Positions 23,409 to 37,000 of a stretch of 64,000 nucleotides of DNA are shown piece after piece. The DNA is from Pocillopora damicornis. Its lineage: Eukaryota. The DNA lies in the NCBI RefSeq assembly GCF_003704095.1, contig NW_020843503.1:62001-126000 (forward strand), given 5' to 3'. Each line of letters opens with the position of its first letter. Within the stretch, counting starts at the first letter, position 1. The notes under the pieces are model-generated. The model was not told where the DNA came from and searched no databases. It worked only from the letters and a program-made list of their open reading frames with translations. Both the position numbers and the translations under genes were made by a program.

Positions 23409-25065
23409 GTAGGAATTAAAGTAGTTTTAAGTAATATAAATAGTGGTCTGCAATTAACAGCAGAACTACATGTGCTGTGAATACTTTTGTGAGTGCAAAC
23501 TCCTGCATTCCCGATAGTGCTTCTTGTTTAAAAAGACTAACGCGTAGAAAACCACCAATGGCGACGCGGTCTATAGTAACCTGCAACATCGGAATTGTAG
23601 GGCTTTTTATTGCAATTGCTACCATCATAAATCCAGCTCTATGAAATACTGAGGATATTGCAGGGTAATAAATCATTTAAGTAGACCATTGTGCTTAAAG
23701 TGGTGTTAATACCAATTGTAAATATTGCGCTGCAACTACCATTTTATTTTCACTTTTCTCAGAAGGTTTTTGGGCTTCAATACAATTAGAAAGAGACTTC
23801 AAACACTAATCTAAGTTTTTTCTCATCAAATTTTACGTCATCTGTGATATATTACAGAACAGACACATGGCGTGCATCAATAACATTACATGTGCGGTTG
23901 CACTTTGCTACAAAGTTAACTTGGTCATATGGAAATGTAAATGTGTTGTTACTGTAGTTATTTATGAGTGTTAAAACGTGCAGATGAATATCAAAGGGTC
24001 TAAAAAACGAGCTGAGCTAGACATTTCTCATTTTGCAATATTCTGGAGTTTGTTGGTGTTTCTCTTCTTACCTTTACCTGGTCTGACCGATTGACAGAAG
24101 GGATATATTGACCGAAATTGCAGGAAATACAGAGGTATCACCTGCATTTTGAAAATTATCAAGAGCCCCTGCGATATTCATAGAGTAAATTAGATGTTTT
24201 CGGTGTCTTCATCTATTTGTGGTTCATTAATACATTTTAAGTGTTCCTCGAACGAGGTCAGTTGATCCTAAGGCGAGAGCTGCTCCACGACTTGTCGGAA
24301 GCACTTCCTCAAAAAAGGCTTCTTACAGTCCTAGCAAAATATTCAGGATCCTTTTTCCACCTCGTTGCAAATGTACAGGAAAGCTGTTGTACAAATATTT
24401 TGAAATAAATTAACCTCGTTTAATCGCTTAACTTGTCGGGCTTTGTAAACATAATAAGGAATTGTGTATATCTCTGGTTCATTGAAGCGGGGAAATCATT
24501 AGTCATATAATCTGAGAAATCAGGTCTGATTTTTGTATCTGAATGTTGCTCTTAAACGATTTTCTTAAAAACAAGGGTAGTTAAAAAGACACAAGTTACG
24601 TCGCTGAAGTGTTTTCGCCGTCTGCAGACACAATTAAATTTTTTATCTCTAAAACATTACTGATCTAGCGTTGAAGCTATGACAACAGAGACAGAACAAA
24701 AAACGGAAACACTCCAACCAAAGTTGTTGAGCTACTCAGTTCTCTCCATATTGGCTTTGGAGGCAGATCTTTTTGCTTTAGACTGCTGTGCAATTAAAAG
24801 ACAATCATTTGACATTTACTTGTCATTTCTGCATGAAAGCGTCAATAAAGACTTGATAAAGTCAGAAGTTTGCAAGGAAAGCACTTGACAAACCATTTAA
24901 TTCTAACTAAAATAAATCAAGTCAATATCATTTGTGGGATTCTGACACGAGGTCCACATGTTTACTGTTCAGGACTTTAGATATACCAAATGGCTTAGAC
25001 TCCTTTAAGAAACCGGTAAAAGATCTTTGTCTTCATTTCCACTTGATTGGCGGCAAGATTTATTG

Positions 25066-26058
25066 ATGGAAAGGTCATTTGGACCATTCTGCAGCTATAC
25101 GAGCCCTCACTACTACCCAGCCGCGCTAAGATTTCCAAAAGCTGTGTACATCGTTGCTTGTGTTCTTAGGACGATCACTTTACTTGCATTAATAGTTGGA
25201 AACTTTTTAATTCTTTTGGCTCTTCGCAAATGCCAGTCTCTATATTCTCCATCAAAAGTTCTGTTATGTAGTTTAGCTTTGACGGAGCTCTTTGTTGGAG
25301 TGGTAGTTGTTCCGTTCTTCGTAGTATACTATACGATGATCATTTTAGAAAAACCCAGATATTACTGTACTGTGGCTATCACATATGCCAGGATATCGAC
25401 CTTCATTGGTGCTGTTTCGCTCGAGAACACCATTGATCGATATCTCGCTCTGCGTCTCCGGCTGAGATACAGACAAGTCGTGAAATTTGGACGGGTTGTT
25501 TTTATTTTAGTTTTAGAGTGGATCATCGCCGCAATCTTTGCAGGTTCCTGGTTTCTAAATGGATCTATCAATTTATTGTCTGGTACAATTGCCATGCATA
25601 TAATCTGTCTCATCATATCTTTTTGCTATTTTTAGTATCAATCACGGCATCAGGCTTCACGTTGCGCAAATTCATCATCCGACAAATTAAACTCCAATGG
25701 ACCAGGGACTGACTTCAATGTGGTTCAATACAAAAAAACTGTGAGCAATTCATTGTGGATGTTTTGGCTCTTTCTTTTGTGCTACATGTCATCTTTGTTA
25801 TCATCCCTTGCATTAGTTGTCACCGGACTTAATGATTCTACTCGTTTTGCATGGCAGTTCGTGGCCACAACAGTCTATATCAATTCTGTTTTAAATCCGA
25901 TTCTTTATTGCTGGAAGATCAAAGAACTAAAAGTTAAAGTTATTGCTCTTTTAAAGGTCGCATGCAATCTTCGATCAAATGATATGCAGCAGGGTGGCAG
26001 AGACTACAACAGTGTCATATTTCATCACCGGTTTGTTCATGAAGATTTCAACAATTAA
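25066..26058 (+). pseudogene. Class A GPCR pseudogene 3 (full length, disrupted)
   Basis: ATG at 25066. Four codons are missing before DRY relative to the intact copy. An extra T in the T-run near 25629 gives TAG at 25633-25635, and a 5-bp insertion near 25685 restores the frame. TM6-TM7 (CYMS, NPILY) are in ORF 25720-26058, with the TM6 Pro lost. Confidence 0.85.
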
Positions 26059-27722
26059 ATGGCATTTACTCAAAAAAGTTTCCTTTTGTGTGCTTGTCAA
26101 GTAAAAAAATTTCGTTGTTTACTTCAGCTTCGTGCTAAAAATTTAATAACATCCTTTAAACAAGGGAACACGCCGGAAAATTTGACAGGTGATTCCGTTC
26201 GTTTTCTTTGACTTAAACAGCGTCAAAATCAAGTTGAAAGCTGAATAACAAATTGATGTAGTTTTGGATTACCATAAAAATCGACTGGCAGTTTCTTTTT
26301 TATCACCTGTCAAATGCAATTAGTTAAATTCTTCGAAAATCTTACCCATCTTCACCCCCTCTCGACTTTTCTCTGATAAATAAATTGAAAAAAAAAGGAC
26401 CTTTTAAGTGTTGACAGAATGAAATTGGTTTCATCATAACAAAAAAAAAGTAGACGCACTGATCTTAAAATGAGATAATACAACCACCATTTCAATTTTT
26501 TTCGCCTGCATTCATAAAATAGGTAAATCAGTTCCATTGAAAAAGGAATAAAGCAGGAGTTTGCTACACAATAAGAGACATCTTTTCAATGGACAGTATT
26601 TCATCTACTGATAGGCAATGTCAATCATTTATTGCTGTCCTACGACAAGCACTGCAAGCGGTTCGCAATTTCAGTCGTTCAACTCAAATATTGAAGCAGC
26701 AGAACCATTTAAATCTGAAATGAAAAAATTGAATTTTGGAGTTAGCAAAGAGGTAATTAGAAATATTTCTGGCTGTGGAAGCCCCTAGGTTGATATTGAT
26801 AATATTAGTTTCGTAAGGTGATCAAGATGTGACTGGCTTCTTTCTCGCATCAGCAGAATGTTAGCATTTCTCTTCATAATCAAGTTACCCAGTGTGATAG
26901 CTGTTCAACAATATCAGCAGTACTATACGGCTAAACTACTCTGATGTATCTAATCAATTCTGTATCAGGACATATCTCCCAGTGAGAAACTTAATGATAT
27001 TCTGCAGTAGTCGTGAAAGAAATCTTAAAACACCAAAACCAATTAAAATGCGTACTGATTTGCTTGATTTTTTAAAATTTAAATCAAAGCTTTACTCAAA
27101 TATAATTTTGACAAAGCTTTTATCCCTAAGCATCTACGTCTTTGTAGTTGTGTTATTAAACTTCAATTGACATATTTTCATTAATATTCTTCCGCCTGTA
27201 TATTCAAAAAAGCCTAATGTGTATAGCCATATGTTGGCAATACTCCTCAGGAATTAAGAGTAGAAAATATAACAACCTTTTTCACTCTTCATATTCATAC
27301 GCGTACAAAAAAGTACGTCTGCAACACGACATCCCGCTTTACTAACAGAACAAAGAAACCTGTGAACTTGACGGAACTAAAAGGTTATGAATTCACAATA
27401 TTTGTATTCTTTATCGTCAACAACTGACAACTCTTTACTACGCGACAGATGTTTTCGTTAACAGTCACTCGCAGTAGGAATCAACTGCAGAAATCTCACA
27501 GAAGTATCATCTAAGTATGCCTATCAAAGATTTGAAACAGCGCATGCAAGAAAGGCCGGCCTCAATTTCTGCTCATTAGATTCACAGATTGTTACCTTCC
27601 AGTCTAAATTTATCGTTATAAAAGGAATTCACCTTATCACGGGTGCCCTAGATCTATATTGATCAGGCTTTCGATCGATCGTCTGGCGAAAGGAAATACT
27701 TTACACCGATCTCTGCCTATAA

Positions 27723-28652
27723 ATGGAGGGGACCTTTCAAACATATTGTAGTCCCACAAGCAACTATTATTATCCTGCAGCTAAAAATTTCCCAAAAACT
27801 GTCTACATTTTTGCCTGTGTTGTCATCATCATCTTCTCCATTTTGTCAACAGTCGGCAATATTGTAATTCTACTCGCTCTTCGCAAGTGCCAGTCTTTAC
27901 ATCCTCCGTCAAAAGCCCTGTTGTGCAGTTTAGCTCTAACGGATCTTTTCGTTGGATTGGTCGTTCTTCCATTGTTTACAGCTGACTACATGACAGTTAT
28001 TTTCGAAATACCCGAGTATTACTGCGCTTTAGCTATTACATATGGGCGAACATCAACCTTTATTGGTGCCGTTTCGCTTGAGGTTATAACCACAATTGCC
28101 ATTGACCGATATCTCGCCTTCCGTCTTCGATTAAGCTACAGACAAGTAATGAAACTTAGACGAGTTGTTTTCATTCTTGCTTTTGAGTGGATCCTCGCAG
28201 CAATTTGGACGGCAAGTTGGTTTTTGAGTGTATCGTTCAATATGTTTTTCGGGGCAATCGGAATGTTCGGTTGTTGTTTCACTACATCACTTTGCTATCT
28301 AAGGATTTATTGTGGTTTTCGTCAACATACTGCACAAATTCGACAACAGACAGACCCCGAGCCCGCAATCGATCTAAACATGGCTCAATACAAGAAAACT
28401 GTAAATAACATGTTGTGGATTTATGGCGTAGTTATCCTGTGCTACACACCACACTTTGCTTGCCTGCTCGCAATATTTATTTCTGGAATCAATGAATCAA
28501 ACCGTTTTGCACTTCATTTAAGCGCGATTGCAATATATTTCAATTCTTCTCTAAATCCCATTCTGTATTGCTGGAAAATCAAAGAAATTAGATTCAAAAT
28601 TATCGCTATTTTACTTCCTCTATTCAATTATTTCAGTGCATTTGGTGGGTAG
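27723..28652 (+). CDS. Intact single-exon rhodopsin-family (class A) GPCR, 309 aa, orphan adenosine/melanocortin-receptor-like type
   Basis: Seven hydrophobic segments with the motifs GN (TM1), SLALTD (TM2), C3.25, DRY (TM3), W4.50, CYTP (TM6), NSSLNPILY (TM7) and helix 8 WKIKEIR. Confidence 0.95.
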   Translation: MEGTFQTYCSPTSNYYYPAAKNFPKTVYIFACVVIIIFSILSTVGNIVILLALRKCQSLHPPSKALLCSLALTDLFVGLVVLPLFTADYMTVIFEIPEYYCALAITYGRTSTFIGAVSLEVITTIAIDRYLAFRLRLSYRQVMKLRRVVFILAFEWILAAIWTASWFLSVSFNMFFGAIGMFGCCFTTSLCYLRIYCGFRQHTAQIRQQTDPEPAIDLNMAQYKKTVNNMLWIYGVVILCYTPHFACLLAIFISGINESNRFALHLSAIAIYFNSSLNPILYCWKIKEIRFKIIAILLPLFNYFSAFGG

Positions 28653-30305
28653 GTAACTGAAACATAATTTGGTATAGAACCACATATTTATCTTATGATG
28701 CCAGAGACGTCAACGATGAACTTAGTTTAGGAAAACTTGTCTTCCAGCGCGATAGAAAAAGACTTATAATAAGCTTCAATTACTATGCAGTTTTGAACCT
28801 TTTGATGAATAACTGGCAAGTGTAAAAGTGTTCATTGACACCTATATGATTTTTACTTCAACTTACTAATATTGCAAACTGTTTAATGCAGTCTGGCAAA
28901 CGTCTCCCACAAAGTGGCGCACAGCACATTAGAGCATATTCATATGGAGAATGCGCTACATGAATACATCATAATCTTTATCATTTACTCCATTTACCGA
29001 CACCTGAAGTGTTGTTGGTCATCCACCGAGTGAGATGTAGAGAGGCATAATCTTTGTCCTTCCATAATGGCATAACATAAAGAAATAAAAGACCTGAAAT
29101 GAATGAATTAGACAAGGTTCCTTTACACAACCCAAAGCAAATCGAAGCAATATAAGAAAATTTACCAATATTGTTTAAGTTCTCTAGTGTCGAAGTTAAA
29201 AAATGTTGGCACCACGCATTGTTTAAATAACTAAATTTACACGGCTTGCCCAAATATGGTTACACTAGACAATTCAATTATAAAACTTTCCACTAATTGT
29301 GCTGGAAAGTGACAGTTGAAGCCCCCTCCTTTGATCAAATGTTAAATCGCTATCCCATTCCGTGTATTTATGTGATTCAGTAAAGGAATGCACAATTCGA
29401 CGGGGCATTGGACAGAAAACTCTTTATTACGACATTGAGTGGCTTCTCATAGTAACTTGCGAAGATATGTTCAAAATTAAAAACGATAAGAACAATTTGC
29501 AAGCTGTGTTTAATATCGTGTCCGCTTCTTCACGTTTTTGAAGTGTTCTTCTGAGAAAATTGCACTTTGTCTAAATGACGTAAAGGATTTGAGAAAAATT
29601 ATGACGAAAATCAAATGAAATCATCAAGTCTCTTTACTTAACGAGCGTAAACTTTGTTTATATAACATAGGCTGACAAATTGGCCAGTAATGAGGATCAC
29701 ATCAGCCTTGGAAGCGGCGTTAGGTGGTGAAAAATTATCGTGCGTACGCGCTTTTTAATACCCAAGTCCTAGAGCACGTTAGTTGTAATATGTACGCATG
29801 TGCATCGATTTTCTCCCAACCTCGCTGGTCTATCTTTTCGTTGAAAACAAAAGTTTATAAAACTTGAAGCAGACAGGTGATAGAAAATGCAGGATAAAAG
29901 TCTTCGGCTAAAAAAACCTACTAAGACTCGCTATGTAAACTAATTTCAGTCAGCAATTTTTCAATGAAATGCCGCACATAAAGGCTAATTTTCCTGTTGA
30001 ATATCAAATAATAAAGAAAGCCTTTTCAATGAAACACTTCTTGACGAGGATGAAAGAGAGAAAACGCGGTATCTATGCGACCCAAAGAAACTGAGGTAGT
30101 CCTTTCCCATAAAAACGGCGATGTCCAAATTAATCTATAGTAAAAAAAACTTTTATACTCACTTTTGATGTTATGCAAACAGACTTTAAGATACTTAAAG
30201 ATCTCATTAAGATTTGATTAGTCTTGGTTAAATAAACATTTAATAACCTGCAAAATACCCTTCACCAACGACTGAGGAATTTTTTGTACATCCGAACGTT
30301 TCTTC

Positions 30306-30980
30306 ATGGATAAACTCCCAATGTCCCCGCAAATGAAGGAAATTTTACTTTCTCTAAAGAAGACTCGTTTTAAGCAAGGAACGTTTCAAGATAGCGAAAG
30401 AAACCGTGTAAGAAGCTTCAAAGAGGATGAAAAATACCTGAGCATTTCTCTCTCCAAGGAAAGTTTCCAAAATGGCAAAATATTTCCAGGCAATTCGAGA
30501 GAAAAAGAGGAATACATTCAAAGGGAAAGTTGCACTTCGTCACGTGGAGCTGTCTTTCAGCGAAGAGGATCTTGGATTGTTCCGAAACATATTCTGTCAC
30601 GGAGTAACACAGTCGCTGTCTTACCACTGCAGAAACCTGGTGCGACACGCTGTTCATCGACAAGCTTTGAAGAAAGTGACGAAGTTCTAAGACCCGAGGC
30701 TAATTGGTTATTAGAAATACATTCGGCGGACAAAGTGAAAGGAAATTTTGAAAAACGATTGAAACCCACGAGTGCGTCAGTCACGAAGAAACCGTCTTCT
30801 TCAGATTTGTTCCAAAGACATTCGCTTGGTCAAACAAAAACATGGCGGGTTGAAGGCAAGGCTTTTAGTGCAGTTCTCAAGAGAGGAGCAACTCACCCAA
30901 AGATTGAGAATATGTGGGAGCATCTGGCAGACCAGAGAAAACTCCTTATCAATAAGTGGCTTTCCCCTCAGAACCGCTGA
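30306..30980 (+). CDS. Uncharacterised 224-aa Ser/Lys/Arg-rich protein (single-exon ORF)
   Basis: ATG-initiated 675-bp ORF in AT-rich DNA, not overlapping any other gene or repeat; AATAAA follows near 31031. No domain recognised. Confidence 0.55.
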   Translation: MDKLPMSPQMKEILLSLKKTRFKQGTFQDSERNRVRSFKEDEKYLSISLSKESFQNGKIFPGNSREKEEYIQRESCTSSRGAVFQRRGSWIVPKHILSRSNTVAVLPLQKPGATRCSSTSFEESDEVLRPEANWLLEIHSADKVKGNFEKRLKPTSASVTKKPSSSDLFQRHSLGQTKTWRVEGKAFSAVLKRGATHPKIENMWEHLADQRKLLINKWLSPQNR

Positions 30981-31949
30981 TTTTACGAATTTTTACCCTG
31001 GTAGCTACAACTTCGGTTGTCGGAAGTAAAAATAAATCTGAGAAATGTTGACATGACTAGGAACGTCCAGCAACGGAGTGAATGCCTCTTTGCCGATATC
31101 AAATGTTACTGGGCAAAACATTGATCCGTTTAAATGATTTATTTTCTCATCACTCTGCCTCTTAAAACGATCAGCAACGATCTTCAGAATGCTTCATCAT
31201 CGTTTATCGATTTCTTGGATTTCCAAACATACGTTTATTCTTCCCCTATTCTCTTGGCAAAGTTTTCATTTTCTATTGTGTAAGTTAATATGTACTTCTG
31301 ATACATGATAAGGTCTGGATTATGCTCAGCATGGTAGCAATCATTGTCAAGGCCGAGGCTCATGATATCTACCGAAGTCAAAGGACGACGACCGTGGCCC
31401 AGATAGCTCTCGCGAAAACAATTTGCTATTCAATCTACTCGTTGTTTCATTGTGAATGACTCCAAACTGTAGTTAATACGCATGACTTTCCTCTTAAATA
31501 TATAAAAATCATTATCATTTGATGCTTTTGTCTACATTTAAATTGACTGAGGCCCAACCACGTGACTTACATGTAGCTACGTAATAGCTGACCAAGAAAA
31601 CATGTTGTGGCTTTGAAATATTCAACTCTCTCCGCTCGAGAACGCACTCAAATAGCTAGAGATGTAACATTAATCAACTGCTGGATGGTCACCTTGTCTG
31701 TGTCATAAAATCTAAAGCTTGAGTAAATCCAAAACTATCATTTTTGGTGTTCCTCAATCTCCGATAAGGATGCGTACTTGTCATTACAATGTTTAGGTAG
31801 TGAAAATGTTCACAACTGCATACAAACCCCGTTGCATCTTACCTCCGATCAACGATGTTCTTTCAAATTATAACTTCTCTTCAAACTCTAAATTTAGCAG
31901 CGGAAATATCAGCAAACTTCTTGGAAACTTCGTTAAAAGTAAATATCTC

Positions 31950-32200
31950 AAAAGATTGATGTAGCACCACGAGGGGAAACGAACGACCATGACGGCAACA
32001 CCACGCACCTTCCACATTTTGCAGCCGCTGAAAGTTAGGCAATGGTCATACGTTTGCCGCCAAAAAGAGAAAACAAAAACAAGCGAAAAATACCGCGTTG
32101 ACACAAACGTTTTTCTTGTTCCGGCTCGATATCGGCCCTGTCTATGTCTTGTTTCTCGAGAAGCAGCACTTTGTTTTCGTGTTTAGTTTCAAGATGCAGG
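31950..32200 (+). promoter_or_regulatory. CpG-retaining region, candidate TRPM promoter/first exon
   Basis: Locally CpG-rich just upstream of the CpG-depleted TRPM body. It ends in caagATGCAG|gtagtt (32194-32199), which would splice in frame to taag|CTGGTGGTGATG at 34055. Confidence 0.4.
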
Positions 32201-34063
32201 TAGTTGTAATTTTAAAATCCAATCATTCGTAGAATGTCAGGATATGACGTTACGGGTATGGTTTCTGAGCTGAAAGGAATTGAGATTTTGCCAGCGTTCT
32301 CATCAAACCAAGATCCTTAGCTGCTCTTAGGAAAAGGAAAAAATATATTATTTTAACACATCTTTGTTTCAATAATTTTGAACATTCTAGGATCCTCCAA
32401 ATGCAAGTCTCATTCCTAAAAATTTTGAAAACAGTTAGACCTTGATATCAAGTAGGCCATTAAAAATTTTTACCTGAAGATCAAAGAGATCTTTTTCTCG
32501 TTTCTTTCGACTTCTTTGAGGTGTAATGTTTAATTTATTAAAATTTCGATTTTAAGGGGATTGTGCAAGCCACAAGGTAAGTTGTTGAATTTTCCTCATA
32601 ATCTTGAAGAAAGGAAAAAACAGTTGCCGTTCCGATGGACTTCTATTCGATGTCACAGGCGTCTTCTCCATTTTTATCTCAGTGTGGCGATTAAATCGGT
32701 CACTGTCTGTTGTCTTTGAAAAGGAGTTCGGCCCTTGCATAAATGATTGCGGCAGTAGTAACTTCTTGTAGGAAGACTGTGAGAGAGGACAAGGCAAATT
32801 GTGCGCTTTGTCATTATTAACTCGCTTTTCTACTCCTCTGACCTCCAAGGCCAACGCATAGAGGGCTGGGTACTAATTAGTGAGAGCTCTTAGTTACCAT
32901 GCAGTCAATATACATGCACTTCAAGTATTCCGAAGTACGTGTGTTCCGAAGTATGACTTAGAACTTTATGTGTTCTGTCTTTCCGTTTTTCTTCGCGGAA
33001 AATGTAGGGTTTGTAGACATATGATTGAAGTATGCAGGACTGATGTCTCGGAGAACGTAGGGGAAGGCGAAGTAACGTTCGAGATCTATGAGATCACCCT
33101 AAACTTTTTCGGTTCTCTTTGATGAGGTATGTTCCCTTCAACATAGTACAACAATATATGTATAGGTTATAGTTGTTACAGGATTGATTCATTTATTGCA
33201 CAGCTTAAGTACTCTATACTCTCAAGATAAAAGCCAGTTTGGAAAAATTAAGTGAAAATGGCTTTGGTAGACACGGAATAATATTGGAAAAAAGGGTACG
33301 GTAACGTTAGACTGTCAGGTAATATATTGGCTGTTCGATAGATCAAAGATTACCTTACTTTTGTAACATCTGCTAGATGATATAGTATGAGCAGTACGTG
33401 ATTTTAAAATATCTTATCAAGTATTCAACAAGGTCATTCATTACTGATTTATCAAAATCGTTACACTGTTATTGCAGAAATAGACGACTTCTAACCTTGT
33501 TTACATGGCATGATCGAAAAAGTGGAAACATTGGGTGGGGGTTGGGAGAATTTTGACACAACTAAAGCAAACTCATCAAGCAGTGCAGTGTACAGGAGCA
33601 TGCATTTTATTTCAGTAATTTTGTTATTAAGCAGTAGTGGACTTTTTTCTGTGTTTTTATGTCCAGTCAGTTTAACACAAGAGTGAGTGAGTGTTTGAAC
33701 GAGGCTACGTGTAAACACGGTGAAGTCCTCCAATGCTGCAATTTAGTATTCCTCAAAAGTACATGCTAATGTAATCTAATCATTCTCATCTTATTTTTTT
33801 GGTTCTTACCAATGAGATTGTGCAAAGAGTCTCACTTTACTAAAACTGTTGTGAAATGCATAAAGAGGTTTTTTTAAAATTTCATGTAGATGCTGCAATT
33901 AATCAACATAGGGGCATGTCAAGACATTAAGTTGTGGAATTTAAGCCTTTATTTGTAACTATCCTTTTCATTTTAGGTCTATTCATAAAATTAATAAATT
34001 ACCAAATCACCTACATTAATTGTTGCTCAAGTTCACTTGTTATATGTGAATAAGCTGGTGGTG

Positions 34064-37000
34064 ATGCAAGCTGCTCAAGATAGCCCTGCTGTTAAAAACA
34101 GAAAAAGAAGAGTTAGTACTGCTCATGCACGACGCCGAGCAAAAGTTTACTCAAATGCAGTTAAAAAGGAAGTGCTAGAAGAGCAAATTGCAGATGAATT
34201 AAGGAGTTCTCATGAGTCTGGTCTGGCCAGTGGATCTGCAGCTTTCTTGAAAGGATTGTTGTCTGAGACTGATAGTCTTCCAAAGCGTATATCTGAACGA
34301 TATCAAATACAGAGAGAAGTAAGTGGGAGATGATTAGGTCTTGGAAACAAGCAGAGAACCTATCCTTCTTTCTTTTGCTTGTTGAGCAAAAATGTCCTGA
34401 AAATTTTGATTACTTGAGAAGTGAGACCCTTGAAATTTCCATTAGAAAGAGACATCATTTGGTGCATGCAATCATATGCAAGTAAAAGGAACCTGCCTAT
34501 CATTGCTTGCTCTTAGTTTTGAGCTTTGCACACATTTTGCTTGTCTCTAGTTTGTCCTTTGTAGCTATTTAACTGACTGAGAAGTCTTATGTGAATGGTG
34601 ATTATGGTATTGAATTTTTTATAATGTATACTTTTACTTATATGAACTAATATATATTGCTAATGTGGCAGAAAACTTTGCAAGTATCACATGTAATTTT
34701 GCAAATTTTTTTTGGGCTTTTATTTTATCGCAATCATTTACACAATTGCCTTTCAATGCAAACTTGAGAGTATGTATATCTCTTGATGATCAGGATAGTA
34801 TTGAATGTGATGGGGATGAAAACACAAGATGTCCTTAATATGAGTATATTGTTACCTATCATTACCTTTATCATCATCTTTATAAATAATGTACATTAAT
34901 TTACAGAACAGTGATTGGATTTACAAGACATTCAAAAGGAAGGAATGTATCCATCATGTTGAGGACAAAGCAAAGCCTGGATTGTGAGTCACAATATATA
35001 GCTTGCTAATACACTATCTATTACAGAGACTGTTTATTTCTTCATTTGTCCAGTACATTTCTTTAAATATTCTGACTTTTTCTTTATAATTTTACTAGCC
35101 TAGTGTGTCTAATATATGTGTGGTACTCATTATGTCATATTCTAGATGCTGTTGTGGTCGCCCTGAAAATCAGCATAGCAAGTTGACCACTGTTCAAGAA
35201 GAAAATGAAGAGCTTGAGATAGCTCATGATGTAGCTGAAGATAGTGACTGTTCTAGTGACAGTCAGCCTGAGGGTGAGTGTTAAATACAAAAGAAAGGGT
35301 CCAGTACACCAAGAGTGAAGGTTTCTGTACAAATTTTTTGTTTTATATGGTTAGAATTTTTTTATCTGCACACTCAGGTCTTGGGGTTCAAGAGTGCATC
35401 ATTTACGTAGTAAGGGATATGAAAGATTGGATGGTAGACCATTCAGACTGGTTAGGGTAAAAAAATGTTTTGAAGTTGCCCTTTTTCTGGATATGTAATT
35501 TAAAGAAATATTTATTAGTTAGATGCCAAATAATAATGGTTTTATAGGCCAGGGAGCAATGAGACTGTGTATAAAAGTTTTGCGCATTGGTGTCAGATTC
35601 TGTTTTAAAAACTGGACTTGGTGATTTTTGGGTGTGGAGGTTGTTATCCTTTTAGAACTTGGCTAATTTAAAATCTTTGTTACAAAATAGTTTGAAAGAA
35701 GAGTTAATTCTCTTCGTTATTATGTGGGCTTGATTGGCATCTCCTGTTTCATTTTTTTGTATTTTATGGTGCAGTTAAAGATGAAATAAGAGTTGCTTAG
35801 TAATATAAGTCAGAATGAAAATGATTAATATGAGATTTTTGAGCTCTTAATTCTTGACTATCTTGTAATCATGGAGCTGGTGATGTTGTGTTAACAGGTT
35901 TGCCACCATTGACGAAAACCAGTAGATGTGAAGGGAAAGTTTATGGAATAAAGACAGGACCTGAAAACTGGTCACCAAAGGATGACATAAAAGAGTTTCC
36001 AACAAATGGCTTTGGTCAGATAAAGTTTGTAAATGCATACAGTTCATCTTTGACCCCTGCCAAGGTTTGATTTGTAATGTATTACTATGATTATTTCATC
36101 TGTTAAATAGTTAGTATTGATTATGATAATTGTTATAGAGTACTTATAAATATAAATTATACCATGCAGGTGAATAGAGCTTTTTGCATGTGGTGATTGG
36201 TTGGTGCAGAAGGGATTAGCAAGTGCTTTTCATTGTCAAGCAATGCATGTTAAGAGTTTAATTCTGACTGTTTCTTGGTATAGCTTCAGAATAATTTTTG
36301 GTTTCTGTGATATAGACTAACACAATTATTTATCCTGCGGTCAGTGAAAGTGGTGAATATTTACCTCACTGCTTTACCTATCTGGTAGTCAATATTAACC
36401 ACTATTGATCATCTTCACTTTGGAGAAGGATTGTTAATGAGTATATGGTTGAAAGATTAATAGGCCTTGAGGATCTGTTCAACTAGGCTTTGTCAGCAAC
36501 AATCACAACTGACAATGATATTTGTCAGGGTGGCTGTTGATTATTTTCATGTATGTTTATTCCTGGTGATTTATTATTAAACTGTGGATGAAATACATTC
36601 AGAGAGTTTCTGATTTGGATTCTTTATTGACAAATTTTCATAGGTTCCTTATGGTATTTAGAGTTAATTTCACACTTGGTTAAATTGATCTTGAAATATA
36701 TTTGAATCATTATTTTGTTTTGAATTTATTCCTACTGAATTTATGACTTGACAGTTGGTACATGTTCTTTTTCTAAATTGTAGTACATACGTCTAGCAGA
36801 CAACACAAGGCCAGAGTTGACATTAGAGCTTATGGTGCGACAGTGGAAGTTACAGAAGCCAGACATTGTAATATCAGTACATGGAGGTCTGAAAAATTTC
36901 AAGCTTGATCCTCACCATAAAGAGATCTTCAATAGAGGCCTCATTAAGGCAGCTAAGACAACTCACAGTGGTGCTTGGATAATAACTGGTAAAATTAACA

